This document shows, in pieces, positions 18,642 to 29,297 of a DNA stretch of 64,000 nt (position 1 is the first letter of the stretch; each line of letters starts with the position of its first letter). The DNA is from a phage. The notes below the pieces were generated by a model, which saw only the letters and a list, made by a program, of their open reading frames with translations, searched no databases and had not been told where the DNA came from. Position numbers and translations under genes: made by a program. The stretch lies in the sequence record PZ386963.1, one strand, 5' to 3'.

Positions 18642-20876
18642 ATGATTAAGACAATTAAAAAATCAAACGGTACAGTAGTAAGCTTTGACCCAGAAAGACT
18701 GAACAAGTGGGCATCATGGGCAGATAAGCGTGGAATTATCTGGTCAGAAGTCACTATGGAAGCTATGAAACGTGTCTATGAAGGATGCACTACAAAAGAG
18801 ATGCACCAAGCCATGATTGATGTTTGTGTTGATAAACAAACTCAAGAGTACTCAGACATGGCTGGACGGCTACTTTTGGGTATTATCTACAAAGAAGCCT
18901 TTGGAGGCTTTACTAAGGTTCCTACACTGATTACCTTCGTTAAAAATATGGAGAGAGCAGGACTTTGGGAGAAGATGGACTATTCACAGGAAGAGCTTGA
19001 ATACCTGCAAGGTTACATCGTACACTCAAAAGATATCTCTTACGGTTATGCAGTCTTGAAACAGTTCAGAGACAAGTACGGTATCCGTGATATTAAAACT
19101 GGAAGACTTTTTGAGTCACCACAGTTTATGTTTATGGGTATGGCTATGAAAGCCTTTGAGAAGCAACCAAAGCACCGTAGACTGCAAGATGTTATCAAGC
19201 TGTACACTTACCTGTCTGACCTGAAGATTAATGCTCCTACACCTTATTTAAACGGTTTAAGAGCCACCAAGTCAGGCTATGCGTCATGCTGTTTGATTAA
19301 GGCAAATGATACTGCTGAGTCTCTCGGTATTGCTGCAAAGGTTGCTTATGATATGACCACAAAGCAAGCTGGTATTGGTATGCTGATGGAGACTCGCACT
19401 ATTGGTGATGGTATCCGTCAAAATACGATTGAGCACATGGGTAAACTACCTTATTACAAGCTTGTACGTTCATCTGTAGAGGCAAACAAACAGAAGAGCC
19501 GTGGTGGTTCAGCTAATAACTTTTACACTGCTCTAGACCCGCAGATTGAAGATTTACTGCGTTTGAAGCACCCTACAACGGTTCCTTCTAAACGTATTAA
19601 TGAGATGGACTACTCATTCGGCACAAACGATTATTTCTGGCAGTGTGTTCAGTATGACACAGATTGGTTGCTATTCTCTTACAAAGATGCACCAAAACTC
19701 TATGACATGTTCTACACAGCATCTGCTGATGAGTTTGCTATGGCAGTTGGTCACGCAGTACATTCAGGGGTTAAGCACAGACGAGTCAAGGCTCGTGAAA
19801 TTGCTAAGCTGTTTATTCAGCAGCGTTATGCTACAGGTCGTGTGTATCCATTCTTCACTAACAATGCAAACACACATACACCATTTAAAGAGCCTTTGAA
19901 GATGTCAAATCTTTGTATGGAAATTGTGTTGCCAGTGTATGGTTTTGAGAAAGAGACAGACCTTTACAGAGACGATGCTGTGAAAGAGGATGGTGAGGTG
20001 GCTCTTTGCTTCCTAGCTAGTTTGGTTGCAGGGAGAATTTCAGAAGATGAATACGCTGACGTTGCTTATTATGCTCTTGCAATGGTTGACTCCGTTATTG
20101 ACCTTATGGATTATCCGTATCCGTCGATGCGTAACCATGTTCAGAAGCGTCGTTCTGTTGGGATTGGCCTTACAAATGTGGCTCATTACCTTGCGAAGAA
20201 CTACGTGAACTACTCTTCACGAGCAGGTAAAACGAAACTTCATGAACTTGCAGAGATGCACTCTTACTATCTGCATGAAGCTTCTCTGAGACTTGCTAAA
20301 GAGCGTGGCGTTCCAGAGTACATGAAGTTCACTAAGTATCCTGAAGGCTGGGTTCCCCCAAAGACAGCTAACAAGAAGATTGATGAAAAGCATGATGCAA
20401 AACTACGGTATGATTGGGATGACTTAGCACAACGTATCAAAGAAAATGGTGGAATCCGAAACTCTGTATTAGAAGCTTACATGCCTAATGAGAGTTCCTC
20501 ACTAGCAACTAATACGACAAATGGCTTGTACCCAATTCGTGACTTTATTTTAACTAAAAAGTCTGCAACTGGTAACGTACTGTTTATTGTTCCAGATTAC
20601 GAAGAGTTGAAGTATGTCTATGAGATTGCTTGGGATATTGACACCTTTGATATGATTGATTGTTATGCAATTGTTCAAAAGTTCACTGGTCAAGCTATCT
20701 CTTCAGACTTCTATGTTGACTATGCAAAGTCTAAGAAGGTATCATTGGCTCAAGCTCTGAAGTACATGATTTATGCCAACTCGGTAGGTATGAAAACAAT
20801 GTACTACCTTAACAGTCGCATTGGTGTAGGTAAATCTGCACTGCAAGATGCTTATTGCGAGGGTTGTGGTGTTTAG
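18642..20876 (+). CDS. nrdA: Ribonucleotide reductase class I large subunit
   Basis: 744 aa, N-terminal ATP-cone, conserved catalytic-core motifs. Confidence 0.9.
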   Translation: MIKTIKKSNGTVVSFDPERLNKWASWADKRGIIWSEVTMEAMKRVYEGCTTKEMHQAMIDVCVDKQTQEYSDMAGRLLLGIIYKEAFGGFTKVPTLITFVKNMERAGLWEKMDYSQEELEYLQGYIVHSKDISYGYAVLKQFRDKYGIRDIKTGRLFESPQFMFMGMAMKAFEKQPKHRRLQDVIKLYTYLSDLKINAPTPYLNGLRATKSGYASCCLIKANDTAESLGIAAKVAYDMTTKQAGIGMLMETRTIGDGIRQNTIEHMGKLPYYKLVRSSVEANKQKSRGGSANNFYTALDPQIEDLLRLKHPTTVPSKRINEMDYSFGTNDYFWQCVQYDTDWLLFSYKDAPKLYDMFYTASADEFAMAVGHAVHSGVKHRRVKAREIAKLFIQQRYATGRVYPFFTNNANTHTPFKEPLKMSNLCMEIVLPVYGFEKETDLYRDDAVKEDGEVALCFLASLVAGRISEDEYADVAYYALAMVDSVIDLMDYPYPSMRNHVQKRRSVGIGLTNVAHYLAKNYVNYSSRAGKTKLHELAEMHSYYLHEASLRLAKERGVPEYMKFTKYPEGWVPPKTANKKIDEKHDAKLRYDWDDLAQRIKENGGIRNSVLEAYMPNESSSLATNTTNGLYPIRDFILTKKSATGNVLFIVPDYEELKYVYEIAWDIDTFDMIDCYAIVQKFTGQAISSDFYVDYAKSKKVSLAQALKYMIYANSVGMKTMYYLNSRIGVGKSALQDAYCEGCGV

Positions 20877-20931
20877 TTTTAACAACTATGAGGGTCGTAA
20901 AAGACCCTCTAAAAATAACTTTGGAGAGACC

Positions 20932-21189
20932 ATGAAAGATTTAATAGAAAAACATGAGCGACCTATATACTTGCTCCACAAGCCTCGGAAAACGATGTAC
21001 TATGTGAGTAGCACAGACATGATGATAAAACAAAATGATGACTCATGGGTTGCTGGTATCTCTTACATCTCTACAGCAGATGGTAAAATCTATGCAAGAC
21101 CTTATGAGATGTTTAACAAAGAAAATTGGGAAGTTTTAGACAGAAAACAAGCCTTAGAAATGATAAAGAAAGGAGAAATCACGCTATGA
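20932..21189 (+). CDS. Hypothetical protein between nrdA and nrdB
   Basis: ATG at 20932 after hairpin 20890-20910; stop overlaps nrdB start (ATGA). Confidence 0.35.
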   Translation: MKDLIEKHERPIYLLHKPRKTMYYVSSTDMMIKQNDDSWVAGISYISTADGKIYARPYEMFNKENWEVLDRKQALEMIKKGEITL

Positions 21190-22259
21190 TTAACCAGCAC
21201 CCAATCTTTTTAGGTGGTGAGAGAAAAACTTTTGACTCACTTAACAAGCACTACCCAAAAATCTTTGAACTTTATAAACAACAAAAAGCACAAGACTGGT
21301 CAGAAGATGAGTTCCCTTTTGAACAATCACGTCTTGATTTTGAGAGTGTCCCAGCATCAATGTCAGGTGTAATGCTTGAGATTCTTAAGTGGCAATGGGA
21401 AGCAGACACTCAAGTTGCTAAGAGTTTGGCATTTGCCTTTGCACCCTTTATCTCTGACGACATCTATGCAACTGCAATTATGAAGCAGTCTGAGATTGAA
21501 AACCTACATGCTCTTACTTACTCAGAGATTGTAAGACAATGTATTAAAAACCCTGAAACAATCTTAGACGAGATTAACCAGAATGTTGCTGTGCAAGACC
21601 GATTAAAAACGGTGAATCGTGTTCTTGAAGAATTACTGGATGAAGGTATAAACTATCGACTGAGTTATGTGCGTGACTCACTTCTGGACAAAGACCCTTT
21701 ACACTTCCATAAAGTGATTCTGAAAGGTCTATTTGCAGTGACTGCACTGGAAGGTATATCTTTTATGGCATCCTTTGCATGTACTTTTGCACTTGATGCT
21801 CAAGATAAATTTCAGGGTATTGCTCAAGCTGTGCAGAAGATTATGCTTGATGAAATCCTTCACACTAAAATTGATATTGAAGTTTTAAAAGAAACTTTAA
21901 GGGATGATGAGTGGCAGAAAGCTTTTCAACAAATTCTTCCAGAGATTAAAGTAATCTTAGATGAAGTAGTTGAAAGTGAAGAGAAATGGTCGTATTATAT
22001 CTTCTCCGAAGGACGTGCTGTAGTTGGCTTAAATACAAAGCTTCTTCATGAGTGGGTTTATTATAATGCTGCCCCACTGTATGATATGTTTGGCATTCCC
22101 AGAGATTTTGTAGCTCCTAAAGAACCACCTTTGAAGTACATGATTAAGAAGATGGAAATTGATAAAGAGCAGAATGCTAATCAGGAGCAACAGAACGGTG
22201 CGTACCTATTGAATACTGTTGTAGACGATTTGAATAGTGGATTTTTAGAGGTTCCTTAA
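21186..22259 (+). CDS. nrdB: Ribonucleotide reductase class I small subunit
   Basis: Ferritin-like di-iron protein; start at MINQHP behind AGGAGA RBS. Confidence 0.85.
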   Translation: MINQHPIFLGGERKTFDSLNKHYPKIFELYKQQKAQDWSEDEFPFEQSRLDFESVPASMSGVMLEILKWQWEADTQVAKSLAFAFAPFISDDIYATAIMKQSEIENLHALTYSEIVRQCIKNPETILDEINQNVAVQDRLKTVNRVLEELLDEGINYRLSYVRDSLLDKDPLHFHKVILKGLFAVTALEGISFMASFACTFALDAQDKFQGIAQAVQKIMLDEILHTKIDIEVLKETLRDDEWQKAFQQILPEIKVILDEVVESEEKWSYYIFSEGRAVVGLNTKLLHEWVYYNAAPLYDMFGIPRDFVAPKEPPLKYMIKKMEIDKEQNANQEQQNGAYLLNTVVDDLNSGFLEVP

Positions 22260-22501
22260 TGACTTATGTAATTTACTCCAAAACTGGATGCCCTCAGTGT
22301 GAGACTGCAAAGAATTTCGCAAAAGTTCGTGGTATTGACCATGTTGTGAGAATGTTAGGGCAGGACTATGAACTATCAGACCTGATGGATATTGCACAGA
22401 TGCCAGTTCGTCAGATGCCATTCATCATGAAAACTGATGGACAAAACCTAAAACCTGTTGGGACGCTACAGAATTTTATGGCAGAGGTGAATAATGCTTA
22501 A
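22259..22501 (+). CDS. Glutaredoxin/NrdH-like redoxin
   Basis: 80 aa, CPQC active-site motif near N-terminus. Confidence 0.6.
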   Translation: MTYVIYSKTGCPQCETAKNFAKVRGIDHVVRMLGQDYELSDLMDIAQMPVRQMPFIMKTDGQNLKPVGTLQNFMAEVNNA

Positions 22502-22700
22502 ACGCATTTGGGAAGGTTTGGTTGTTGATGCACCAGCTATTGTGATTGGTATGCTTATTGTTAACCTATTTACTGACTTTGAACAAGGTTCATTGTTTGG
22601 AGCCATGTTACTATGGGTTATCTTCGAGATATTAGAGATACAGTTAGGTATCACTGAAAAACTAAGAGAACTCTTTTCGAAGTTTTCTAAAAAGATTTAA
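22494..22700 (+). CDS. Small membrane protein
   Basis: 68 aa, hydrophobic core. Confidence 0.3.
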   Translation: MLKRIWEGLVVDAPAIVIGMLIVNLFTDFEQGSLFGAMLLWVIFEILEIQLGITEKLRELFSKFSKKI

Positions 22701-22748
22701 AATGAAAGGGTCTCTTCGGAGACCTTTTTAGCATGTAAAGGGGCAATA

Positions 22749-24893
22749 ATGAACAAAGTACAGATTATTAAAAAGAATGGCTCACTCGAAGAACCTGATA
22801 TCAAAAAAGTTTTAGCAGCAGTCACAAAGTCAGCTAATAGGGTTGGGTATAAAGAACTTCCACCAGATGTTACCCAAGCTCTTGAGTCAGCATTTATGAG
22901 GATTCTGGTAAAATCCACTAAGCAGAATAATTTACTCATTTCAGTAAATGATATTCACAGTATTGTTGAGGGTGCTTTGGCAGAAGTCAATCACGAGATT
23001 TATGAGTCTTACTCAACATATAGAAATTACCGTAAAGAAGTTGCTCAAAATTGGGATGAACTCTACCAGAAGACCAAAGATACACTCTTCTTAGGTGACA
23101 GAGAGAATGCTAACTTTGACAGCAGTTTAATTTCTACAAAAGGCTCAATTATTCGTGGTTACCTGACTAAAGAAATCTTTAAGCAGTACCATTTAACACC
23201 AGAGGAACTTGAAGCCATTGAAAAAGGGTTTATCTATATCCATGATTTAAGAGACCTGATTTTTGGTGGTATCAACTGTTGCCTGTTTGACATTGGTAAA
23301 GTGCTGAAAGGTGGCTTTGAAATGTCTGGCATTGAATACTGTGAACCAAAGTCTGTACTGTCAGCCTTACAGGTTATTGGTGATGTAGTTCTTTCAGCAA
23401 CTGCACAGCAATTTGGTGGCTTTACTTTAGCAGAGATTGATAAGGTACTTGTACCGTATGCTAAGAAGTCTCTATGTTACCATGCTGAAAAAGCAACAGC
23501 TTATGGTATTCCTAAAGAACATTACCACAACTATGTCATGGAGCAGCTACAGATTGAATTAACTCAAGGTTTTCAGTCTCTTGAAATGAAGCTCAATACT
23601 GTGCCTTGTAGCCGTGGTGATTTTGCATTCACAACTTTGACATTCGGGTTACTTGACTCAGATATGTCTAATGAAGATAACCGACTGCAATACATGATTG
23701 CGAGCACTCTCCTAGATGTTCGTATGAATGGACAAGGTAAGAGTAAGAAGCCTGTTGTATTCCCTAAACTGGTTTATATTTATGACCAGAAGAGACACAA
23801 TGAGAATATCTGTCAAGGCCACCTGTACAGTAAAGCTATTGAGTGTTGCTCTAAAGCTATGTATCCAGATTTCTTAAGTGTATCTGGACATGGTGCTGTA
23901 GCAGAGGCTTTTGAGCGTTCTGGTAAGGTAATTTCACCGATGGGTTGCAGAGCCTTCTTATCTCCATATTTTAACGAGAATGGGGAAGAGTTCTACGTTG
24001 GTCGTGCTAACATTGGTGCTGTATCTTTGAACTTACCAATGATTTACCAGTATTCTAAAGAGAATGGCTTAGATTTCTGGAAAGAGCTTGATAAGTACCT
24101 AGAAATGATTCGCAGCTTCCACAAGAAACGTTACGAAATGATTGCTAATATGCCAGCAAGTTCTAACCCTCTTGCATTCACACAAGGTGGTCTGTACAAA
24201 GGGAATAAGAAACCTACTGACAAGGTTGGCTGGGATATTGTGAAGTCCTTCACAGCTTCTTTTGGGGTTACTGCGCTTGATGAGTTATCTGTTCTTGCTG
24301 AAGGTAAACGACTTCATGAAGTTGGAAGCTGTAGTTTTGCATATGATGTTCTGGAATATATCAACATGAAGACTGAAGAGTTTAAAAATGAAGATGGATT
24401 CTTATATGCAGTCTATGGCACTCCAGCAGAATCACTTTGTGGAACTCAGCTAAAACAGTTCAGAGATATGTTTGGCGTTATCAAAGGCGTTTCTGACAAG
24501 GAATACTTTACAAACAGTTTCCATATGAATGTTGCAGCAGACATTACACCATTTGAGAAGCAGGACTTAGAAGAACCCTTCTTCCATATCTGTAGAGGCG
24601 GCAGAATCCAGTATGTAAGAGTGGCTAATCCAGAAAACTTATCAGCACTTAAGAGTTGTATTACAAGAGGGATGTTGAAAGGTTTCTATCAGGGACTTAA
24701 CTTTGACTTAGCAATCTGTGAACATTGTGGTAACAGACCAAAGGCTGATGTTGAAGAATGTGAGGTTTGCCATTCACATGATATCTCTGTGATTAACAGG
24801 GTATGTGGGTATCTCGGATGGACTAAGATTAAAGGTGAATCCCGAATGAATGATGCAAAAATCGCTGAGATTCGTGACAGGATTTCTATGTAA
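22749..24893 (+). CDS. nrdD: Anaerobic ribonucleotide reductase (class III)
   Basis: 714 aa, C-terminal glycyl-radical motif RVCGYLG, Cys-rich zinc site before it. Confidence 0.9.
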   Translation: MNKVQIIKKNGSLEEPDIKKVLAAVTKSANRVGYKELPPDVTQALESAFMRILVKSTKQNNLLISVNDIHSIVEGALAEVNHEIYESYSTYRNYRKEVAQNWDELYQKTKDTLFLGDRENANFDSSLISTKGSIIRGYLTKEIFKQYHLTPEELEAIEKGFIYIHDLRDLIFGGINCCLFDIGKVLKGGFEMSGIEYCEPKSVLSALQVIGDVVLSATAQQFGGFTLAEIDKVLVPYAKKSLCYHAEKATAYGIPKEHYHNYVMEQLQIELTQGFQSLEMKLNTVPCSRGDFAFTTLTFGLLDSDMSNEDNRLQYMIASTLLDVRMNGQGKSKKPVVFPKLVYIYDQKRHNENICQGHLYSKAIECCSKAMYPDFLSVSGHGAVAEAFERSGKVISPMGCRAFLSPYFNENGEEFYVGRANIGAVSLNLPMIYQYSKENGLDFWKELDKYLEMIRSFHKKRYEMIANMPASSNPLAFTQGGLYKGNKKPTDKVGWDIVKSFTASFGVTALDELSVLAEGKRLHEVGSCSFAYDVLEYINMKTEEFKNEDGFLYAVYGTPAESLCGTQLKQFRDMFGVIKGVSDKEYFTNSFHMNVAADITPFEKQDLEEPFFHICRGGRIQYVRVANPENLSALKSCITRGMLKGFYQGLNFDLAICEHCGNRPKADVEECEVCHSHDISVINRVCGYLGWTKIKGESRMNDAKIAEIRDRISM

Positions 24894-24955
24894 AACTTGA
24901 CAAGGTGATGTGGGTCTTGATAGGCTTACATCACCTTTTTATTTGGAGTTACACT

Positions 24956-25291
24956 ATGGACTTGTGGCTTTATGTAGCAGTTTGTGGGATTGTATGTCTG
25001 ATAATCTTATTTATTCTTGGAGTAATGCGATTTAGAGACATCATACAGTCAGATTTTTTGCCTGAGTTTGCCATGATAGTTGGGGTTATTACCCTTTGTG
25101 TCTTGGCAGTGTTCTATTCATACAAAACTGTGATATGGATGGAGGCAAACAATTGTGTAAAAACTCATCAGCATCGTGAGGTTACTCATTTTGTGAGTGT
25201 ACTTAGTGGTAGCACCACTATACTTGTCCCACAAACTTCTGTAGAGTATCTTTACACATGTGATAATGGTAAAACTATATGGTGGAATTAA
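24956..25291 (+). CDS. Membrane protein
   Basis: Two hydrophobic helices; start at MDLW. Confidence 0.35.
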   Translation: MDLWLYVAVCGIVCLIILFILGVMRFRDIIQSDFLPEFAMIVGVITLCVLAVFYSYKTVIWMEANNCVKTHQHREVTHFVSVLSGSTTILVPQTSVEYLYTCDNGKTIWWN

Positions 25292-25293
25292 CA

Positions 25294-25494
25294 ATGACAA
25301 CACTCTTAAAAGTATTGATACCCATACTACATATAGCAGTCTTCTTCTTTGGTGTTAGTGTTATGGTATGGGGATTTTCAGACCCACAATGGAGTTTCTC
25401 ATATCATGGTCAGATGGACTTATGGTCATGCTTCAAACCATTTTTAGGGTTAGCTATAGCATTCAGTGCATTACCAACTAAGGTGAAATTATGA
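25294..25494 (+). CDS. Small membrane protein
   Basis: 66 aa, hydrophobic. Confidence 0.3.
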   Translation: MTTLLKVLIPILHIAVFFFGVSVMVWGFSDPQWSFSYHGQMDLWSCFKPFLGLAIAFSALPTKVKL

Positions 25495-25886
25495 TTAAGT
25501 TGAGCCAAAAACAGTTAGAGTGGATTAAAGATTATGCCTCAGAGTGTGGCTCTTGCGAAAAGAATCACGTAAGATACTCAACATTCCACACGGTCTTCAC
25601 ATTGTATATTGGTGACAATGTTCTAAGTGATTCTGTAGAAGATAGTGTAGCATTACCTAATGAATTACTTGATAAACTAGCTGTAGTCTCTGGAACTTGG
25701 TCTGAAGAAGATGGTCACAAACTATCTGACGATGTTGTCTTCTACACCCTTGAAAACATCATGAATCCAGAGTACATTATGCTAATGACTTGCGCACAAG
25801 ATTGTGTACCATTACAAAACTTTATTAAAGAGCACTGTGAAGAGTTTATTACTAAACAGGTTCCTTGTCAGGTGGTGTTTGAATGA
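25491..25886 (+). CDS. Hypothetical protein
   Basis: 131-aa ORF. Confidence 0.35.
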   Translation: MIKLSQKQLEWIKDYASECGSCEKNHVRYSTFHTVFTLYIGDNVLSDSVEDSVALPNELLDKLAVVSGTWSEEDGHKLSDDVVFYTLENIMNPEYIMLMTCAQDCVPLQNFIKEHCEEFITKQVPCQVVFE

Positions 25887-26182
25887 GTAAAACAATTCGA
25901 AGAAAAGGTTTAAAGAACGTTCATGGGCTTTATGAGTGGAGAAATGAGGTACGTAACAGAGAAAACGCTTCAGATGTCTACTTCCATTCTGATATGATGT
26001 CCAGAAAAGGTGGCTCTTATGACTTTACAAGCCAACCTTGTAGAGAGATTAAGAAGGCTACTAAACGTCTTACAAGAACACAAATAAGGCAGCTTTCTAA
26101 GACATCTTTCTTAGATGAAGACTTTGACATTGATAGTAAGTCCCCAAAGAAAGCTGCTAAGAATACTTATATGTATTGGTGA
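25883..26182 (+). CDS. Hypothetical basic protein
   Basis: 99-aa ORF. Confidence 0.35.
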   Translation: MSKTIRRKGLKNVHGLYEWRNEVRNRENASDVYFHSDMMSRKGGSYDFTSQPCREIKKATKRLTRTQIRQLSKTSFLDEDFDIDSKSPKKAAKNTYMYW

Positions 26183-26191
26183 GGTAACTAG

Positions 26192-26677
26192 ATGAATTAC
26201 ATGGAGATTAGACCATTTGACACAGCTAATGGTGAAGGGGTTCGTGTAAGCCTCTTCGTAGCTGGTTGTAAGCATCACTGTGAAGGCTGCTTTAACAGGG
26301 AGTCTTGGAAGTTTAATGCTGGTAAAGTGTTCACTTATGCAAACCTATATGGAATCATCCAGTTAATGGGTGATGATGCTGTCAGTGGGTTGTCAATACT
26401 TGGTGGAGAACCTCTGGATGATAGAAATATTCAAGAGGTTACCGACATATGCAAACGTGTTAAAACTATTTATCCAGAGAAGTCTATATGGCTTTGGACA
26501 GGTTTTCAACTACACGAAAAAATTCACCTAGATGTAATGAAATATGTTGACGTGGTGATTGATGGTAAGTATGATTCATCTAAACCAACAGTTAAACCAT
26601 ATCGTGGTTCTGATAACCAAAACCTCTGGAGAAAAGAGTATGGATGGCAAGGCGATTGTCAATGGCGAGCAGAGTGA
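26192..26677 (+). CDS. nrdG: Anaerobic RNR activating enzyme (radical SAM)
   Basis: CKHHCEGC (CxxxCxxC) near N-terminus; 161 aa. Confidence 0.8.
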   Translation: MNYMEIRPFDTANGEGVRVSLFVAGCKHHCEGCFNRESWKFNAGKVFTYANLYGIIQLMGDDAVSGLSILGGEPLDDRNIQEVTDICKRVKTIYPEKSIWLWTGFQLHEKIHLDVMKYVDVVIDGKYDSSKPTVKPYRGSDNQNLWRKEYGWQGDCQWRAE

Positions 26678-26915
26678 TTATTCTGGCAAATGGACTTACG
26701 ACATCAACAAGTTAGATGCTTGGATGATTTATACGAGAGAAAAATTTGGTGCAAGTTCATTATGTGCTCTTGCAACGATGGTGAAGAACGTTACCTTTGA
26801 CATTCATGACTCAGATAAGTTTGGAGACTTCTACAGGATTCAAAACATCAGAGAAGGTATGACTCCAATTGGTATCACTGAAGAAGAACTTCATAAGTTC
26901 TGTATTAAACTTTAA
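26640..26915 (+). CDS. Hypothetical protein
   Basis: Start at MDGK overlapping nrdG end. Confidence 0.3.
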   Translation: MDGKAIVNGEQSDYSGKWTYDINKLDAWMIYTREKFGASSLCALATMVKNVTFDIHDSDKFGDFYRIQNIREGMTPIGITEEELHKFCIKL

Positions 26916-26930
26916 TGAGAGAGACTAAAA

Positions 26931-27197
26931 ATGGGAATTTTAGGTAATATGAAAGCTGGATTCTTGAAAGCACTGGCAAAAGCAGCAGCAATTGTTTCTA
27001 TGACTGGAAAGCAGGTCGGTGTAGATGCTTCAGCGGTTGCACAGATTCTTACAAGCCAAATTGAACAGCAGCCTTACATCTATGTAGGACGTGGTAAAGG
27101 TGGTAAGAAACAAGCCCACAGCCAGTCTGGTGCAGCAGCTATTAAACGAGCAGCTAAGAAAGCTCGTAACCGTAAACGTAACAAGAAGGCTAAATAA
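26931..27197 (+). CDS. Hypothetical protein with highly basic C-terminus
   Basis: AAKKARNRKRNKKAK tail. Confidence 0.35.
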   Translation: MGILGNMKAGFLKALAKAAAIVSMTGKQVGVDASAVAQILTSQIEQQPYIYVGRGKGGKKQAHSQSGAAAIKRAAKKARNRKRNKKAK

Positions 27198-27199
27198 CC

Positions 27200-27520
27200 A
27201 TGAGCAAAGTTTATAACACTCGCAAATTACAGATTTTCGTACTGTGCCAGTTTATGGCTAAAGAATATAACTTCTACTATTGTGGTACAGGTTTTATCAG
27301 CGATGATGATGGCTCATACCTCCCATTCAAAGAAGCTGTAAAGCTCTTTAATGAAGAGGAAAGCTCTAAGAAAGATATTGAAAAGGTTAAGCTAACCTAC
27401 AGCAAGAAAGATAAGAAGATTATCTGCCTAGATAACTTTGTAAAAGTTACTGGAGAAGCAAAAGAGTTTATGGATGAGAGTGAGATTTCATTCACAAGCA
27501 TCTTGAAAGTAGCTCAGTAA
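27200..27520 (+). CDS. Hypothetical protein
   Basis: 106-aa ORF. Confidence 0.35.
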   Translation: MSKVYNTRKLQIFVLCQFMAKEYNFYYCGTGFISDDDGSYLPFKEAVKLFNEEESSKKDIEKVKLTYSKKDKKIICLDNFVKVTGEAKEFMDESEISFTSILKVAQ

Positions 27521-27526
27521 ACAGAT

Positions 27527-27560
27527 ACTATAAGGGAACTGTAAAGGTTCCCTTTTTTAT
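27527..27560 (+). terminator. Rho-independent terminator
   Basis: GGGAAC...GTTCCC hairpin plus TTTTTT. Confidence 0.6.
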
Positions 27561-27572
27561 TTTGGAGATAAA

Positions 27573-28088
27573 ATGTATCTGTCAAACCTGAAACGTTCGG
27601 CTGCAATGTCAGTTCTAAGACTCAGCTTTGAGGAACGTCAAGAGTTCATTGACTCCCACCAATACGACCCTTCTAACTCGAATCACATGGTTCTTTGGAA
27701 TCGTGATAACTTCCGTGAAAGAGCACTTGTCCGTTATTACCCACACTACACAATAGATAACCTGTATGAATGGTGCGTTGTGAAGAACACTATTGCAACA
27801 CTGAACAATCTTTGCAGGTATACAGGTAAGCAAGCATTTACATTAGGCCACCACAAACCTGTTACAAAGGGTGGTGAGCATCACTGCGCAAACTGGTTTA
27901 TCCAGACTAAACTTGATAACCAGAAGCAAGGGGATAATCTTCTAAGCACACCTAAGATGACCTATGAAGAGCAAGAGAAATATATCAAAAATAATATGCC
28001 AGATGTGCTTGACAACAACTATACAGATTTGGCAATATCTCTCCTGTTGAAGTTCGAGACAGTTTATAGGGCAACTTACAATGGCTAA
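27573..28088 (+). CDS. Hypothetical protein with HNH-like His/Cys motif
   Basis: CRYTG...GHHKPVTKGGEHHCANW resembles HNH core (weak). Confidence 0.3.
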   Translation: MYLSNLKRSAAMSVLRLSFEERQEFIDSHQYDPSNSNHMVLWNRDNFRERALVRYYPHYTIDNLYEWCVVKNTIATLNNLCRYTGKQAFTLGHHKPVTKGGEHHCANWFIQTKLDNQKQGDNLLSTPKMTYEEQEKYIKNNMPDVLDNNYTDLAISLLLKFETVYRATYNG

Positions 28089-28359
28089 AGAGAAGTGGGA
28101 GATTTTACCATTAGTCAGTGAAGGTGGTAATGGTTGTGAAATGTACATGATACGTGGTCATGTTCCAGAACCAATTGCACTTGAGATGGTAAACAACTTT
28201 ACAGATGGTTCTTACAAAGACTTAGGAGAGCCAACTATAAAGCAGCAATGGGTAAAGCCTGTACCAGACAGCACAGGTAACTGTAGTGTACTTTATCACG
28301 TTGTAGACCCTGCAAAATGCAAATCTGCAATGGCAGTAACAAACGTAACTTTTGATTGA
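28081..28359 (+). CDS. Hypothetical protein
   Basis: 92-aa ORF. Confidence 0.35.
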   Translation: MAKEKWEILPLVSEGGNGCEMYMIRGHVPEPIALEMVNNFTDGSYKDLGEPTIKQQWVKPVPDSTGNCSVLYHVVDPAKCKSAMAVTNVTFD

Positions 28360-28370
28360 GAGAGAAAACT

Positions 28371-29252
28371 ATGAAAACTGTTATTGAAGCCGTCGTCACC
28401 GCACAAGAGAAATTCTTCCACACAGAAAAATTTAATATCATTCAATTCCCATCTGGAGAAATTGGTGGAAACTTCTCTGAAGATTTTGTTAAGTTTACTG
28501 AGCGTAATGCTGGTAAGATTGACAATGTTATACTTACTGTACAGGGATATGACAAAGATACACTGTTTGCATTAGCTTTGGCTAAGGATGCCGTTGACAG
28601 TCTTGTTCCCCAGAAATCAGCGATGAAAACCGTTGTTTTCGGGTTCTTACCAAATGCTCGATATGACCGCCACATGTTCAAAGGTGATGCAGCAGCACTG
28701 AAAGTCTTTGCCAACCTAGTTAATGCAATGGGCTTTGATGCAGTATGTGCTCTTGACCCTCACAGCAATGTTGCAGAAAACTTATTTAAGTGCTTTCAGA
28801 GCATGAAGCAAAAAGATGTGGCAGTACACTTTGCAAGTGACCCACGCATTGATTTCTTGGTAGCCCCAGATGCAGGTGCAGCTAAGAAGACTGAAGATGC
28901 CGCTAAAGAGGTGGATAAACCATATATCACAATGGCTAAGGTGCGAAACCTTAAGACTGGAGAAATCACTGGTATGCGAATCCTTGACGATGTTGATTTG
29001 ACCGATAAAACTGTCATGATTCTTGATGATATCTGTGATGGTGGTCGAACATTCGTAGAGGCAGCTAAACACCTACGTGAAGCAGGTGCAAAACGTGTGG
29101 AACTCTATGTAACTCATGGTATTTTCTCTAAAGGTGTTGAAAACTTACTTGACAATGGTATTGACCATATCTACACTACAAACACTTTAGGTGAAGCTAA
29201 AGACCGTGGCTTAACACATTACGGCCAAGTTACTGTAGCAACCATTGATTGA
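28371..29252 (+). CDS. Ribose-phosphate pyrophosphokinase (Prs)-like protein; candidate ADP-ribose pyrophosphate synthetase (Adps)
   Basis: PRPP-synthetase-type phosphoribosyl-binding loop VMILDDICDGGRTFVEAA; 293 aa. Confidence 0.7.
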   Translation: MKTVIEAVVTAQEKFFHTEKFNIIQFPSGEIGGNFSEDFVKFTERNAGKIDNVILTVQGYDKDTLFALALAKDAVDSLVPQKSAMKTVVFGFLPNARYDRHMFKGDAAALKVFANLVNAMGFDAVCALDPHSNVAENLFKCFQSMKQKDVAVHFASDPRIDFLVAPDAGAAKKTEDAAKEVDKPYITMAKVRNLKTGEITGMRILDDVDLTDKTVMILDDICDGGRTFVEAAKHLREAGAKRVELYVTHGIFSKGVENLLDNGIDHIYTTNTLGEAKDRGLTHYGQVTVATID

Positions 29253-29297
29253 AACTTTATAGGGGCTTGAAAGCCCCATTTTGAGAGAGATTAAAAG

